A stretch of 63,834 bases of DNA, counting the filler, from Reclinomonas americana ATCC 50394 (taxonomy: Eukaryota): assembly GCA_048213135.1 (NCBI GenBank). It is 16 parts of 16 records of this genome, joined end to end, with 100 filler letters (N's around TTAATTAATTAA, not from the genome) between each part and the next. Parts side by side here need not be neighbours in the genome. Positions count along the whole stretch, not along the records: positions 60,978 to 62,582 come from AFZH01018805.1; positions 62,683 to 63,834 come from AFZH01018807.1; 14 more parts are not named here. One strand, given 5' to 3'. Within the stretch, counting starts at the first letter, position 1, and each line of letters starts with the position of its first letter. Shown here piece by piece: positions 61,810-63,834 of the stretch. Made by a program: the position numbers and the translations under genes. The notes under the pieces are model-generated. The model was not told the origin of the DNA and made no database searches. It saw nothing but the letters and a program-made list of their open reading frames with translations.

Positions 61810-62273
61810 CACTGTCTATGAGATTGGAGAGAGGAGACGAAGAGGACTTGAGGCATCATCTTCCGATGCGCGGGAAGCCGATTGAGATTGCATAGAGTTT
61901 TGCGAGATGTGGTTGTTTACGGTTCTGAGTTGCGTGTTTTTAATCACTGTCTGTGAGTGAGGAGGAGGAGACGAAGAGGACTTGAGGCATCATCTGCCGA
62001 TGCGCGGGAAGCTGACTGAGGCTTGCATAGAGCGAGATGTGGTTGTTTAAGGTTCCGGAATGCGCGTTTTCATCACACAAGCATCTCGATCAAGCTCACC
62101 AGAATCGGAAACGACTCATGCCACTTTCCGCCTCCTCCTTCTCTTCTTTCACGAAGAGGGACACACATCCCAGTACCCAAGGCAATCGAGTCCCGCAGCG
62201 CTCGGTGCAAGCAAGCTAGCCAGCATTAGCCAAATCCTAACGCCGCTTTAGTCTCCTCCTCACTCACAGACAG
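61810..62273. repeat. Direct repeat pair (~135-bp period) plus a ~23-bp inverted copy
   Basis: GAGGAGACGAAGAGGACTTGAGGCATCATCT..CGATGCGCGGGAAGC occurs at ~61831 and ~61965. CTGTCTGTGAGTGAGGAGG(AGG)AGAC at 61947-61972 is inverted at 62251-62273. Confidence 0.75.
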
Positions 62274-62682
62274 CTTGGATGCCTGCTTTTTCACTGTCTG
62301 CGACAATTTTCGAGGGGAGGAAACAGAGAGTTTTGAAGCACCGGCCAGTTTTGGTGAGCTTGAGTGACGATGCTGGGTCTGCGTATTTGTCGACTGCATT
62401 GGAGTGGAGCGAGCTTCATTGCGGAGGTAGGTGAGGATGGTAGAGGGCAGAGATTGGCACGAGACATGCTGACAGCACTTCTGAAAATATCGGCCGTGAA
62501 AGAGTCAGCTGTACACGATGCTAGTTGGGTTACATTGTTGTGCCGTACGCGTTTAAAGTAGGAAAGAGAGTGGAGGAAAGTGNNNNNNNNNNNNNNNNNN
62601 NNNNNNNNNNNNNNNNNNNNNNNNNNTTAATTAATTAANNNNNNNNNNNNNNNNNNNNNNNNNNNNNNNNNNNNNNNNNNNN

Positions 62683-62723
62683 AGTGCGAAGACTGCGAGT
62701 GCAGGCGGCGAGGTGCGTGAGAG

Positions 62724-62767
<44 letters not shown>

Positions 62768-63834
62768 GTGAGAGAGGAAGGGAGGGGGAGACTTTGCTTA
62801 TGTTCTCTCTTTGTACCCCTGTCCCTTTCCTCCCTCTCCCTCCTTCCCTTCTTTCCGCGGCATGCGAAAAGCCAAGCCAGAAAAATTCTTGCTCGCCTCC
62901 TCACAGTTCTGCTCTACGCATCTCACTCCATTTCTATTTACTCTCTCTTTCATATTCGTGTTCTGTTTTTCGCCTGAGTCCGTTGTCCTCGCCGTCTTCT
63001 TCTTTTTCGCTTTCTCTTCTCAGTGTCCGTCTCTTTCTGTGCGTGTGAATGCGCTACCAGAGAGTTACAGTCAGTCGCGCGAGAGCCAGACAGGCTTGAA
63101 GAAGTGACTGAATCCCTCTTTCCCCTGCTGACTCTTTCCGCAGCTCGACCCCGAGGAACGCGACGCCTGCTGGCAGGAGCTCACTCTGATCAGCTTCCTG
63201 CGCGTGCTGACCGCCGTGTACGTGCTGGTCCTCGCCCGCACGGGCCTGGCCGTGCAAATGGCACTGCAGGGCAAATTCATGATGGAGGACGCTGAAGAGG
63301 TGTGCCACCCTCTCCCGTCTCGCACTTTCTCGCACCTCTCACCCCATGTGCGACTCAGGAGTACCGTCAACACGCAAACGGCGTGGATGGCGCCGCCCGC
63401 CCGCCACTGACAGTGGCCGGCGAATCCGACGACTATAGTCTTCTGCGCGCCACGCTGTCCTCGGTGTACCGTGGCGAGCGATTGATGCGCGTCGTGCAGA
63501 CTGTGAGGGGATGTGTGGAACCGGTGCTGGCCAAGTTGCGAATGCATTTAAGTCACACCATCCCACCGCATCTTGACAATGTTGCGCAGTGTTTCCGTGC
63601 GCGAGCAGTACACGCTGAAGCAGTTCTTGGAGCTGCTGTTCTCCATGCGCAAGGCCGTGGAGGGCACACTCCCACGTGGACAGGACGGTGCGGTGCACAG
63701 CTGTCCCCTCATCGTCCTTTCTATTCTCAGCCCTTCATTTCCGCAGACCCCGGCGTGCCTTCGGCCATGGACTTTGTGGCGCTGGTGGTCCCCGATCGGG
63801 CCAGCATGCCGCGCGGCGACGCGGCCCTCGATCG
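62683..63834 (+). CDS. PEX3: Peroxin-3 (peroxisomal membrane biogenesis); partial at both ends
   Basis: LDPEERDACWQELTLISFLRVLTAVYVLVLARTGLAVQMALQGKFM matches the PEX3 W.ELKI.SF.R....Y...L....VQLN..G motif. Later exons include YTLKQFLELLFSMRKAVE. Confidence 0.78.

Overview
Intron-rich eukaryotic (probably protist) genomic scaffold, assembled from flow-based reads and joined by 15 artificial 100-nt N/TTAATTAATTAA linkers. The ORF track is mostly misleading, so genes were rebuilt by hand-splicing short (mostly ~60-90 nt) introns. About 18 genes or gene fragments, in order: a giant cadherin-like repeat protein (~26 domains, mostly one per phase-1 exon), a degenerate S-adenosylhomocysteine hydrolase (likely pseudoenzyme), a small possibly myristoylated protein, a CorA-family Mg2+ transporter, a hypothetical fragment, a PHD-finger protein, Nup85, TCAIM, a Pro-rich exon, a micro-exon lysozyme-like 3' end, a TORTIFOLIA1/SPIRAL2-like protein, a ~2,200-aa FN3 type-I membrane protein, CXIP4, a second hypothetical fragment, a four-domain Cav-type channel (domains II-IV), a REJ/GPS polycystin-1-like protein and PEX3. 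The strongest signal is a splicing one: more than 20 introns across most genes use a one-nucleotide-shifted donor (GTTGCG, also GTTGAG/GTTACG/GTTGTG) instead of the local GTGCG/GTGAG/GTACG. All family calls are motif recognition by eye; no database searches were run.
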